Assembly (NCBI GenBank): GCA_964035545.1
Contig: OZ037765.1
Span: 34,533,504-34,597,503 of the forward strand
DNA from: Bugula neritina
Taxonomy: Eukaryota; Animalia; Bryozoa
Direction: 5' to 3'
DNA length: 64,000 bases
The notes beneath the pieces are model-generated. The model made no database searches. It had not been told where the DNA came from and saw nothing but the letters and a program-made list of their open reading frames with translations. Position 1 is the first letter of the stretch. Each line of letters starts with the position of its first letter. The position numbers and the translations under genes are program-made. Shown here piece after piece: positions 12,701-24,371 of the stretch.

Positions 12701-15700
12701 GCCCCCTATTGGGGCTTGTTATGTCAAAAAACCCACAGTTTAAATTTGGCTCTATGTTAGTGAGTAAAATGTTTATGCATTTAGTTTTGATAGAAAAAAG
12801 CAGCAACATATGACTGACTTTTATGGTGCTGATCTTTGAACTGGCAAAAAGCTTCTTCAAAACTTGTACTCAAAAACGCAAGTTTTAGTTAAACTAGCCC
12901 CACGCTCTCTTATATCAAAATACCGTAAGCTTCCACACAATTATATTGGCAATATATTTTCATATTATATTTATTACAGCATCATTCTACATTACAATAT
13001 AATACACACCTGTTTGGTAGAGTTGACAGTTTACAGCTTTTCGCGTTCAACACTCTCAATGATAGTAAGGATGTGAATATATTGTCAGGTAGACCTTCAA
13101 ATATGTTATTCCTTAATATATCCAATACCTCAAGATTCTTCAGTAAAGATATGCTGTAACATAATATACAGGTATGAAATGTTGTATAATATTTTAGTAA
13201 GAATATAACCACAGCATATAACTCATTGAACATGACGCCAAATCTACTTTCACTAACAAAGTATTGAGAGTTGTCATCTACCTGAATATTAAGTACACAT
13301 GTACTGCACCAATCACTCTATAATCATATTTAAACAGCCAAGTCATGAATTAATATTGTATGGTTAGTAGAGTTTCTCCTACTCTATATTATTATATATG
13401 TAATTATATAATACACACCTGTTTGGTAGAGTTGACAGAGAACAGTCCCACATGTACAACTCTCTCAATGATAGTAAGGATGTGAATATATTGTCAGGTA
13501 GAGCTTCAAATAGGTAGTTATGTGATATATCCAACACCTCAAGATTCTTCAGTGAAGATATGCTGTAACATATAACACACGGGTAGAAAATCATCAAAGT
13601 CTATTGAACTCCTGGGTATTATCATTAGCACTCTACATTTCACTCAACAGTGTAATAGTAGTATAGCTTAATTTATATCAGTAGACCGTTTTCCAAGGAA
13701 TTGAAAGGTTAACAGATCTAAACAAAGTGGTGACAGTCAGCACAACAAATAAATAAAGGAATTCATACCTCAACTGCTCTTCAGCATTGCTCAATAACCA
13801 AAATCACGAAAATGCTTTCAAATTTACTTTTTTTCAAAACTTATTATGAAGAAATGTTTGTAAAATATTTCTTGAACTGCTAATATGTGTGCTATACCAG
13901 AATATCTATCTAATATAAGAACAATTCCATGGCATAGTTGGGATTTTAAATAACAGTCAAACTTTAAAGTTGTAATTAGTTTGTTCTCTATAAAACATGG
14001 TTTAACTCAATCCCTGTTGAAGAGGACTCAACTCCTAACTTGAAATTGAGTACCGGGGGGGGGGGGGGCATTGGAAAAGGGTCTGTATTATCACCTGTTC
14101 TCAATATAACCTATTTAATGCAACATAGTTATATAGTTATACTGCAAAATAATTTACTTGTCCACATTTATTAGAGTAATAAGTGAGAAGTTGTCATACC
14201 ATTTCTATCTGAGTACATCTAATAGAATAGAATACAATAATTGACTTGTGACGAATAATATACACAGAATCTAGTTGAGTCAACAAAGATAGTGCAGATA
14301 ACTTCATAATGTATAATATAATACACACCTGTTTGGTAGAGTTGACAGTTTACAGAGCACCATGTTCAACTCTCTCAATGATAGTAAGGATGTGAATATA
14401 TTGTTAGGTAGACCTTTAGATAAGTCACTGAATGACATATTCAATACCTCAAGATTCTTCAGTGAAGATATGCTGTAACATAATAATTATATACAGGTGT
14501 AACAGTATATTCAATTCTACATAATTATCACATACTATTATATTATTATATGTTTATTGATATGTTTGAAAGACACCAACTCAGTTTAAATTGAAGCGTA
14601 AATAGAAATACAATAAATAAGGTAAATAATACAAAAGTTGTTACTAAAGCTAGTGTTATTGTGAGGGGAGATTACTCCACATTCTACTACAAGATAATAT
14701 CTCACTTATTAATATAGTTTTATATTATAACAATATAATACCTGGTCCAGTCAGCATTACTCTCTACTTCAGATACCCTCAGATGTGTGAGATGAGGAAA
14801 CAGTTTGTTGATATTTGGAGGAATGTCATCCTTCAGTACAACATGAGTCACTGTATGATGTCTACTTATATCATTGATCTCTTCTATAGTGTAGGATGTA
14901 GTATCATTCTTCATCCACTCATTACCAGCCCCATCTATACTGGATGTGTTGAACCACACACTGTACTTATCTATAAAATATGTGCAACTTTATAAATAAA
15001 AGTTTATAATAATAGAATGTTTGTAAACACCATCAATGCATAGAACCATAACTGGCAATAGTTACACAATAAACATTTTATATTTTAACTACTTAAAATT
15101 ACAGACAATTAAATTGAAATCCTGTGATATAATCTGAATGTATATTCAAGTTGTGCCCACTTTGTCAGACTATACCTAAGAGTATGACTCATCCCTGTAA
15201 CTGGTGCAGACGTCAACTATAGCAGATGACAGGTAAAGGGTAGCCATGTTGTTTATACTTCTGTACAGTATGTGTTATAGTATTCTAGTGTAATATAATG
15301 TAATATAAAGCAATATAATGTAATATAATGTAATATAATGTAATATAATGTAATATAAAGCAATATAGGTCAGTAAAATGTGCATGTTATATAACAGTTA
15401 ACTAAGGTTACTACAATTATTGTAACGTAACATGATGTAGGTTAGTATAATTGCTACAATATAATATAAAATAATAATAACACTTTATAGTATAGGTCAG
15501 CATCATATTTGTGACATAATATAATATATATGTCAGTATAACAATATATTATACTATAATATAGTATAATATAAGTCAGTATAATAATAATATATTATAC
15601 TTTAATATATTATAATATAAGCTTCAGTATAATAACATTATACAATAATGCACCCAGTTGTGGTCAACACAAAGTTAGGAGCAAAGTATTAAAAAGTTGA

Positions 15701-16076
15701 ACAAAGCTTGTGTTTCTAGATCAGAAATGTAACAAATAGAGTTATGTTCTCGTGAGATTTTCAACCACACCCCAATGCAAATTTTTTTAAGAGAACTAAA
15801 GAACTAATGCTACTTCAATTTCTCTAGTGCTGCAACTGAATGTCATGTAACTCATAAAAGCGTATAATGTAAAAGTTCTGCAGCTACTGGTAGTATTTAT
15901 ATCCATATAATTTACTAACCTAACACAGACTGACCTGAAGGTGGAGGTGAAGGTGAAGGTGGAGGTCTAGGTGTAGGTGGAGGTGCAGGTGACGGTGGAT
16001 GTGGAAGTGTAGGTGTAGGTGTAGATGGAGGTGTAGGTGGAGGTTTGGGTCGAAGTAGAGATTTACGTTGACCCAT
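9607..16076 (-). CDS. Gene A, 5' part: N-terminus, cap and LRR cassettes of a probable LRR-Roc-COR(-caspase) protein; exons 16076-15935, 14970-14742 and seven 144-nt LRR exons; 3' end lies left of the window
   Basis: All exons have AG/GT boundaries and join in frame (phase 1, then 2-2); no stops in the hand translation. Confidence 0.85.
10030..10433. mobile_element. MITE (PIF/Harbinger-like) in LRR intron
   Basis: ~30-bp imperfect TIR GTGTGGGGCCACACAACACATTTTACACG / CGTGTAAAACATGTCGTGTGGCCCTACAC; TTA duplication; absent from the paralogous introns. Confidence 0.75.
10503..10646 (-). CDS. LRR cassette exon 6 (ISLLKNLEVLNISRNNLSKGLPDNIFTFLLSLRELDMERCKLPTLPN)
   Basis: 144 nt, AG/GT, phase 2-2; seen in ORF 10493..10840. 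Confidence 0.9.
10912..11055 (-). CDS. LRR cassette exon 5 (ISSLRNLEVLDISKSNLSEDLPDNIFVSLLSLRKLGIGSCKLSTIPN)
   Basis: 144 nt, AG/GT, phase 2-2. Confidence 0.9.
11221..11646. mobile_element. MITE/foldback fragment in LRR intron; related inverted copy at ~13682-14086
   Basis: Ends TAGACCCTTTTCAGA / TCTGAAAGGGATCTA; internal hairpin ~11470-11560; 11400-11510 is reverse-complement similar to 13780-13895. Confidence 0.6.
11825..11968 (-). CDS. LRR cassette exon 4 (ISSLKNLEVLNISDNYLSEGLPDNIFTSLLSLRELSMQNCKLSTLPN)
   Basis: 144 nt, AG/GT, phase 2-2. Confidence 0.9.
13010..13153 (-). CDS. LRR cassette exon 3 (ISLLKNLEVLDILRNNIFEGLPDNIFTSLLSLRVLNAKSCKLSTLPN)
   Basis: 144 nt, AG/GT, phase 2-2; seen in ORF 12982..13233. 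Confidence 0.9.
13419..13562 (-). CDS. LRR cassette exon 2 (ISSLKNLEVLDISHNYLFEALPDNIFTSLLSLRELYMWDCSLSTLPN)
   Basis: 144 nt, AG/GT, phase 2-2; seen in ORF 13379..13597. Confidence 0.9.
13682..14086. mobile_element. MITE/foldback fragment, same family as 11221-11646
   Basis: Ends TAGACCGTTTTCCAA / TTGGAAAAGGGTCTG; inverted internal similarity to the other copy. Confidence 0.6.
14329..14472 (-). CDS. LRR cassette exon 1 (ISSLKNLEVLNMSFSDLSKGLPNNIFTSLLSLRELNMVLCKLSTLPN)
   Basis: 144 nt, AG/GT, phase 2-2. Confidence 0.9.
14742..14970 (-). CDS. Gene A cap exon (DKYSVWFNTSS..INKLFPHLTHLRVSEVESNADWT)
   Basis: 229 nt, TTTTATAG| .. AG|GTATT, phase 1-2; LxxLxV degenerate LRR. Confidence 0.8.
15935..16076 (-). 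CDS. Gene A first coding exon: MGQRKSLLRPK + Pro-rich tract
   Basis: ATG at 16076 with in-frame stops upstream; acceptor at 16129-16130; phase-1 donor G|GTCAGT (alternative at 15920); probable 5'UTR exon donor GTAAGT at 16464. Confidence 0.7.
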
Positions 16077-17871
16077 CCTGTAGTCACAGGTTACAGCTCT
16101 AGTTGTATTCAATAGTCTTCATTCTCATCTGTAACAACTATATACATGGTAGAATACTAGAAACTAAAGCTAGCTTTTGACATTTCTGTATCATATCTAT
16201 ACTGATACCATGTATACCAGCCATATAGTTATATCATATAATATACTCTAGAAAGGATGTAAAATCAAGTAACACCTGTAAGATGATGTACTGAGAAATT
16301 TTATAACATCAAATAAATGTTAAACTCTCTTCATTTTCAGGTTAATCAACTCTGTAGATGTGTCCATATTCAACCTAAATTTACTCATTATGGGCCCACA
16401 CAGCACTAAAGTAAATTAACCTTTCAGTCATTTACATTTTTTATAATAAATAAATTATACTTACAGTGAATTAAAATGAAGTCAGCAGGTGAGTTGAGAT
16501 ACTCTTCACCATCTGCATATGTTACATAATATCCTCCATAAACTGACTTGATTATCTTCTCACTCTGACTAGGAAGGGATAAGTGACTTCCCTCTTAGTG
16601 TGTGCTAGTTAGTGCTGCACTGCAAGTAATAGTGTTTATATGATCACGTGATAGATTGTTGAAATTTATGCTCTTTGGTATTGGCGTTAGACACATTTAG
16701 AATAATGATATTCACCCAAGCTATGTATACTCTTTGGTATTAGTTCTAGTTTATAATGTAGTACCTTTGCGGTTGACAAATTAGCTATACTGCCAATAAC
16801 CAGTGAGAAATGTGAAGAAATGTGAACATGCTGGTATAATGAAAAGCTTTGTTAGCTGATATGATGATGGCTATAAGGGATAGATGAATACACGTATGGA
16901 GAGAGTTTTGTAGCTGTGATACACAGGTTATGCTCAACTTGTTTGTAGTATAATTCCTGATATTTGAATTTACCATTTTTGTCCCTAAACACACATGCAT
17001 AAACAAGTACACATACGAAAAAAGACAAAACACAGGGTCCTTGCCCTTTTCATTATCTATATGGAATCTTGTGAGAATGGATCATGACCTATGGAGAGAG
17101 TTTATTATTATTATATAGTATATACTTACTATTATTATATAGTATATACTTACTGTTATTATATAGTATATACTTACTGTTATTATAATATGTAAAACAT
17201 TTCATAAGATTAGGTTAAGAGATAATACAAATATATAAGTCAAATCAATTAATTAAACTGATTCATGGAATAATCTGTCACTAAAGGTACTCTGTTCAGG
17301 ACTTTACAACTCCAAAGATTCCCTCCAGAAACTTTTTTAATGAGGAAACTTTAGCAAGCATATTTCTGCTTTAGCTTTATTTGAAGCTTTTGGAAATAGC
17401 TGGGTTATTCAAGCTGGTCAAACCTGCAGGCAGATGATATGTTTATGTCCTTCTAGTCTTGGTTCTACAGATATAAAGCTATAAACCACTGGAATTATTA
17501 CGGCTGGCATATAATGTAGTTCATCTCTATAAAAGGGAGGGCATGGAATATAATGTGGTTTATAGTCTTTAGTAGATAAGCTACAAGCTAGCCTGAGGTG
17601 ATTGGCTAACTGCCTTACAGGCAACCAGATTTCCTACCAGCTTGTATGGCTTGCAGATATTGGCTATTGGAGTGGCACTTTATTATAGACTGTCGAGTTA
17701 GTAGAACCTTATATTGGCGCAGTAACATGTTTTTCTTATCTAGAACACAACCTTTCTCCATTATTATTATTATTCCGGTTAAAAATATATTTATGTCTAG
17801 GCCAACAACTGTGATGGTTTAAATCATTTAGAATTTGTCTGCATACACAGTGGAAAATGCTGTGTTGAGTA

Positions 17872-18146
17872 GTGGCCTTACTAGTCCCCTTGGTACTGGC
17901 CCTGGTACTAGCCCTAATACTGGTCCAGCTACTAGTCCTAATACTGGTCCAGCTACTAGTCCTAATACTGGCCCTGGTAGCCTACTAGTCCTAATACTGG
18001 CCCTGGTAGCCTACTAGTCCTAATACTGGCCCTGGTACTAGTCCTAATACTGGTCCAGCTACTAGTCCTAATACTGGTCCAGCTACTAGTCCTAATACTG
18101 GTCCAGCTACTAGTCCTAATACTGGCCCTGGTACTAGTCCCTAATA
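17872..18146. repeat. 24-bp minisatellite (ACTAGTCCTAATACTGGTCCAGCT)
   Basis: ~11 tandem units. Confidence 0.92.
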
Positions 18147-19710
18147 CCTTTGCATCTTTATGAAGACATATTATCATGAATTCCTCTACAGTAGCTTTAT
18201 GAGTAACTCAAACAGTAGCTGTGTTGCCTACAAACTAACCTCTCGTCTATTATAGTTTTTTGAAGGACTATTTTTGGTAATTTAAATGCTAATTTCTCCA
18301 ATGAAACTCTGGGTGAATCAATGTATATATTAAAATGATAATTATAGACTAATAAAAGCAAAGTACTAATAGTATTATCTGTAATGAGATGCCAACATGC
18401 AAAACTAGCCTTGTGGGACACACCAATCTCTGTCTTTCCATGTATCTATTTAATGCTCACCTTTATAAGTAAGCCAACATATTACTGGTTCCAATAAGCA
18501 AGTAATTATTAGTATCTAAGGGTTAAAATATAAGCTGAGGTCCTGAAGTCTAGACTCATGAAGTAGTAATATTCCAGAATTAACTCACCGATAGTAAATT
18601 TAGCCAGTTTTATCCTATGCACACATGTAATATAATCTGCCACAAAACAGAGTCCAAACCCTTCTCTTGAACTATAAGATACAGAGGGAGCATTTCTTCA
18701 AGACTAAAAGTTATGTAATTGACATATCATTGTGAAGAGCAGTATCTTTATAGTAGAGTAACAGCACCTGCTTCTTTCACAATTTGCAGTATATATGAAG
18801 CTCACTGATACCCAAACAGGAAGCAGTGTTCTTGCATGTTGACACCCCAACACTATTCAATCTAGTTTAGTGAGCACCTTTTAATACCTCATATATAATT
18901 CATTTCAAGTAGGAGTGATTTTTGTCAATTAGAATAAATTCAAATCAATGATTAGTAAGATAATTATCCCTATAGAATGATAATAGAAAATATATAAGAT
19001 ATAAAACTGTCATTTCCAGCTCTGAACTTAGATGCAGTTTATTCATTGCACTGCTTTACCCTCTGGTTGACCTTGAAATTGTAACAAATAAATAATAATG
19101 GCTGTGGTTAGCAACTCTTCATTGTTTATAATCCTATGAGAAGGTAAGGATGTGAGTAAAGTAGTATAGATATGTAATAGGATGTAATCAAATAGATTAA
19201 ATGTCTCTATTCATATAATACAGCATAGAGATTGCCTCAGTTTTATAAGTATTAGAGTGGTGACAAGGTCAAGGCATTTTGAAGTATTTTAATAAAATTT
19301 TGAATTCTAACAAATCTCTATGTTTAACTTACAGCAAAGAAAACTTAGATAATGACAAAACAACAACTTTCAAGTTCAAGTGTACTAAACTGTTGGATAG
19401 TTGCAATGTCACTGTCACTCACTAATTACACAATACAAATAACTAAATACATGTAATGCCTGTTGTTAGTGTTGGTGTACTAAACAGTAGATGTGAGTAT
19501 TGAGATATAATGATAGAATATATTCTAGTACAGATTACTACTGAGTGGACTGTAGTCATGTGACTGAGCTGGTGGTTTACTGTTCTGTCAACTCAGAAGT
19601 CAACTTCAAAGGACTTGCACATGATATCAAGCAAGTCCTATGAACTTGTAACAGTGAGTCAAACATATAAATACTCCAAGGTGTCTCTCCTCCAATAGTA
19701 CAGTTAGTTA

Positions 19711-19935
19711 CTACACTGCATCACCTAGCAACACACTGTCATCTAGAAACACACTGTAACCTAGCAACACAGCATCACCTAGCAACACACAATCACCTAG
19801 CAACATATCATCACCTAGGAACACACTACCACCTAGCAACACACTATCACCTAGCAACAAACTATCACCTAACAACACATCATCACCTAGCAACACAGCA
19901 TCACCTAGCAACATACTATCACATAGCAACACCAC
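19711..19935. repeat. 18-bp minisatellite (~CATCACCTAGCAACACAC)
   Basis: ~12 degenerate tandem units. Confidence 0.88.
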
Positions 19936-20482
19936 ACTGCCAACTCCCAACCAGCCTGCAGAAAAGAGTTTCAGCAGCTGGGATTAAGAAACCGAGGAGA
20001 ATTGTGTAGAATATATAGAGAAATGAGAAGGTGGACACATGTAATACATATTGAAGAATGGGGGAGTAACTCCACCTGTTAGAGTGAATTCATACCTTTT
20101 CTGAAAGAGTTCTGAGTTCAACTCACCTTATCGTTACTTGCTGCCATTTATTCAATGCTCTTGAAGTAGAATACAAATGACTAGATTCTGAGAAGAGCCT
20201 AGAAACTCATCACAGGATAAATTATGGTGCAGAGGACTTTGTGAGATTATGCTTCAGCCAGACTAGACTCTACTGAAAACATATAAACACACTTTCAGAG
20301 CTGGTCCAGTGGGAAGTGAAGGGCAACTCTAGCATCTCCTTTGGAATCAACATCCATGGCAAAATCAGACTGGAGGATAATTCTATAAAACACAAATTAG
20401 GTTGATATGCACTCTCGGGTGTTGGAGAAGTTTGAAAAAAAAAGCAATTCTTAAACCTCAAACTAAAATCACAGCAGTGCAA

Positions 20483-21003
20483 TCACTGAATAACCTGGTA
20501 ACTCACTGAATAACCTGGTGACTCACTGAATAACCTGGTAACTCACTGAATAACCTGGTAACTCACTGAATAACCTGGTAACTCACTGAATAACCTGGTG
20601 ACTCACTGAATAACCTGGTAACTCACTGAATAATCTGGTAACTCACTGAATAACCTGGTAACTCACTGAATAACCTGGTAAGTCACTGAATAACCTGGTA
20701 ACTCACTGAATAACCTGGTAACTCACTGAATAACCTGGTAACTCACTGAATAACCTGGTGACTCACTGAATAACCTGGTAACTCACTGAATAACCTGGTG
20801 ACTCACTGAATAACCTGGTGACTCACTGAATAACCTGGTAACTCACTGAATAACCTGGTAACCCACTGAATAACCTGGTAACTCACTGAATAACCTGGTG
20901 ACTCACTGAATAATCTGGTAACTCACTGAATAACCTGGTGACTCACTGAATAACCTGGTAACTCACTGAATAACCTGGTAACTCACTGAATAACCTGGTG
21001 ACT
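20483..21003. repeat. 20-bp minisatellite (TCACTGAATAACCTGGTAAC)
   Basis: ~26 near-identical head-to-tail units, no spacers. Confidence 0.95.
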
Positions 21004-21014
21004 GTAACACTTTA

Positions 21015-21601
21015 CTGACTGTCACAATGTAGACAATCTCAGTTCTATTACTCCATCTGTAAATTTTAAACTGACTAATCTCCACGTCAGCATCTCTCAG
21101 ATCTGGAGGCAGCAGATGAACAGAGAGTGAAGTGTCCTCCACATGAGACAACCAGCACACACAGTTATTAGATGTGACCACCAGTGGTTCTGTTTTCTCT
21201 ACTTCTACCAGTTCAGTCACCTCAGTTCATAACTACAACAGTTACACTTGTATTATGAACCAACCATCATTAGGTTATCATTCTCTATATTCTATTCTCA
21301 CTACTTCAACATTTCTAATGCTATAAATATACTCCACCAGATGACCAACAAATTGTGTTATTGTAAACATATTATCTTATAAATCACAAAACAACTGAAA
21401 TACTCAAAGTGAGAGATTTACCAGTTTCTTCTTCCAGTCCTTGTAGTTAGAAAGTTCATTTGTCCACACACAAAGTCTCTTCTTTCCAAGATTCTCAACC
21501 AAACCAACATAATGTTCTTCTTCGTGATCATAAACCACAGGCAGACAGAAACTGCTCTCTGATTTGAGAGTACAACTTGATACTGTCTGCTGATCACTCA
21601 C
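21015..21601 (-). pseudogene. NOL11: NOL11-like (nucleolar protein 11) N-terminal exons, probably pseudogenised; further degraded exons likely at ~20130-20435 and ~21710-21790
   Basis: Exon 21601-21422 VSDQQTVSSC..CLPVVYD..RLCVW and exon from 21232 L*TEVTEL..EKTEPLVV resemble the NOL11 N-terminus as I recall it (VSDQK..CPAV..LRIW..LSAEV..TEPLV); in-frame TGA at 21227-21229. Confidence 0.6.
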
Positions 21602-23381
21602 CTAAGTTCATCTCAACTCAAACTCCAGTATCTAATAATATTCTAAACAGAGAACTACTCTCATGAATGAAGCGTATAAACACATGTAGAGTTATTATTG
21701 CCTTAACTTTCAGTAATAATTTATTCCACAGTGAATTATATGAGAAAGAGGCTGTACTGCAGAGAATACTCATCTAGGCCGGTGAAACTCTGAAATAACT
21801 AAATTTATTTTCTCAACTCAATAGCAAAATTCTAAGATCGTTTCAAAAGTGATACAAACAACTCATCATAGCATAAATTTTAAGGCCATTTAGAATTAGT
21901 TTCGCAAATACATAAAGGCTATCTTGATTATGCATGATTTTAAATTGAACTACAATGGTTGATTTATGATGATTACTCGATAACTAGGTATGAATAAAAT
22001 AAATTTTAAAGTAATTAAAGGCTAAGTTAGTAAATGTGTGTCATCACATTTCAATACTTAATAGCTAGCACTGATATTTACTTTAAATATTTATTAGGAG
22101 TCAGTGCCATTCACCGAAAGACTTAATTAAAAAGTTAGTATCAACTGATTTAATCCAATACTTATAGTTATTACGAATTAGTCAATTCAAAATCAAGTTG
22201 AAAAAAAATTCCTGCGTATTTACATCGATTGTCATAATAATTAATAACTGGTTGACTCGGCATCACTCAGTGCTGCATTAGCCCTATGCTGAATTGATTT
22301 TACTATTATAGCACTATTCACTTTTTAGCGACCGTGAATGACTTTGACCGTGTGCTTAGTCAGTAAGAGTAAGTTTTTATTAAATTTTACTAAAACACTT
22401 TAACTCAGTTTCGCTTATAGTTATTGAGTTATTCATACTGTGATTATCACTATTCGTACAAATACAAGTCATGAAGTAGACTTTAACTAATAGTTAGTGT
22501 TACAGTAACTAACTAAAGTTGTGTTTTTACTAATCTTAGTTTAGATATACTTACACCAGTTTAAGTTACTAGAGTTAGTCAGTTACTGTTAGAAATAAAC
22601 TAGATTTAGTAGGAGTTACACTAGAACTACGAACACTAAAACTAGAAGCAAAAAAAATTGTATGTCAAAGTCTAATTACGTAATAAGTATGACTTTTACT
22701 GCAAGTCAAAGTACAGGTCCAACCAGTCTACCACTACTGCACTAGTAGTAGTAGTAGTACTAGTAGTGGTACTACTACAACGTCTGCTGCCTCTGGACCT
22801 GGCACTGGTTACTGTTTTAGCGTTTAGTACTAGTAGTAGTATTATTAGTATTACTATTACTAGTAGTAGTTATACTTATACTAGTGTCTAGTAGTACTGT
22901 ACTAGACCTAGTACAATAATTTATTAATTATAATATTAATTATATTATATTCGTTATAATTACTCAAATTAGCATTACAGAAAAGGAAATATGCTACCTT
23001 ATATATTGACATAGACTGCCTATTTGTCAAAATAACATTGCTAATGTCAAATGAAGAAAATGCCGAAAATTTCTTCGCCTTTGCAAAGGAAGCAATGGCC
23101 CAAGTATCATTTATTGTAGTTGCGGTTGTTTCACTGGTAGTAGCCATAACTTTTTACGCCGGAACTGCATAGGTAGTGTTTTTGTCCTGTCGTTCGCGTA
23201 CTACAATTATTCACAAATTCAGTTTTTATAGTCAAATTCACTAATGAATTTTTTTTATAAAAACGTGTTTTTATATATAAGTTGAATGCTATAAATTTTG
23301 TTGAAAACCATATATGAAGCAAAGTAAATTGTTACTTAAAAAGAATACAACTCCTAAAACATTTATTGCTTGTTGCCTAAA

Positions 23382-23630
23382 ACAGGGCTGTCCAACAGGT
23401 GGCCCCGGATGTGCGCCCCCCCCCCTCCCGCTGACATTCATGTGACCCTCAAATGCATAATAGATAAACATGCAGCTTGCAGTACCTAATTATTGGGACT
23501 TCATTGTGTAATGACTCACAGGCATTTGGAATAAAGTTATTTTAAATTACTGATGCTGTGGCCCCCAGCCGAAGTTAAATTTTACAATGTGGCCCTCGCC
23601 ATGAAATATTTCCTTTCAGTAGCCCTCGCT
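23382..23630. mobile_element. Possible hAT/Charlie-like transposon end fragment
   Basis: CAGGGCTGTCCAAC start and repeated GTGGCCC motifs; no matching second end found. Confidence 0.35.
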
Positions 23631-24371
23631 ATATGGTATAGAGTAGATATAGTATAGTGTACAGGGTAGATATAATATTATATATTTATAAAAACATACA
23701 ATCACTTTTGATATAAAAACTGCATAAGTGGCAACTAAAAAAAATCATTAAAACCACAAACTAATAATAAACCACAACTATATATTGATTGGCTGATCAC
23801 TGAGGTTTCCCCAACAGAAGTTAAAATACTGCTACAGTCTGTCAGTGTTTAACTACAACAGCTATAATTTGATAGATTGTACATAGCAAAGAAAAAGTTA
23901 CCTATTATTACCATCATACTTTTACATATTATATAATATAAATATTCATGAAATGCTTTGTGTAACCCATCATGTCTCTATTTATAGCAGCTAATAAACT
24001 GAAAAAGCAGTAATAATAAAAGTTGCTATTGACTTCATTAATAACTTAAATGTGGAGTCTAAGCATGACTTTCCACTCCCAGCAGATATTGATCAGGTCT
24101 TACAGTATGAAATAGCTACTGCTACCCAATATGTGATCACGTCTATCAACTGTTTACAAATAAATTGGTAAAACTAAAAAGCACGTATAAAAACTTAGCA
24201 GAATAAAAACAATGTCACGGTACATGAAAAATATATAAACTAATAAAATTAGAAATGATTGCATAAAATCAAAAGACATATGACAAGTCTGTCTAGCAGC
24301 TGCAAGTAACTAGCTAATATGGCAGGTCTGTGTCTGCTGCATGTGAACATGTGATGTGCTGCAGACGTCAC

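Noticed and set aside
17835-18177. ORFs with TSPNTGPA / TSSWTSIR repeats
   Set aside because: Translation of a 24-bp minisatellite; no splice or homology support
19711-19950. ORF with LLGDxV repeats resembling a hexapeptide repeat or LRR
   Set aside because: By-product of an 18-bp minisatellite; no start or splice evidence
20483-21003. CRISPR-like array
   Set aside because: 20-bp units are head-to-tail with no unique spacers, there are no cas genes, and the context is eukaryotic
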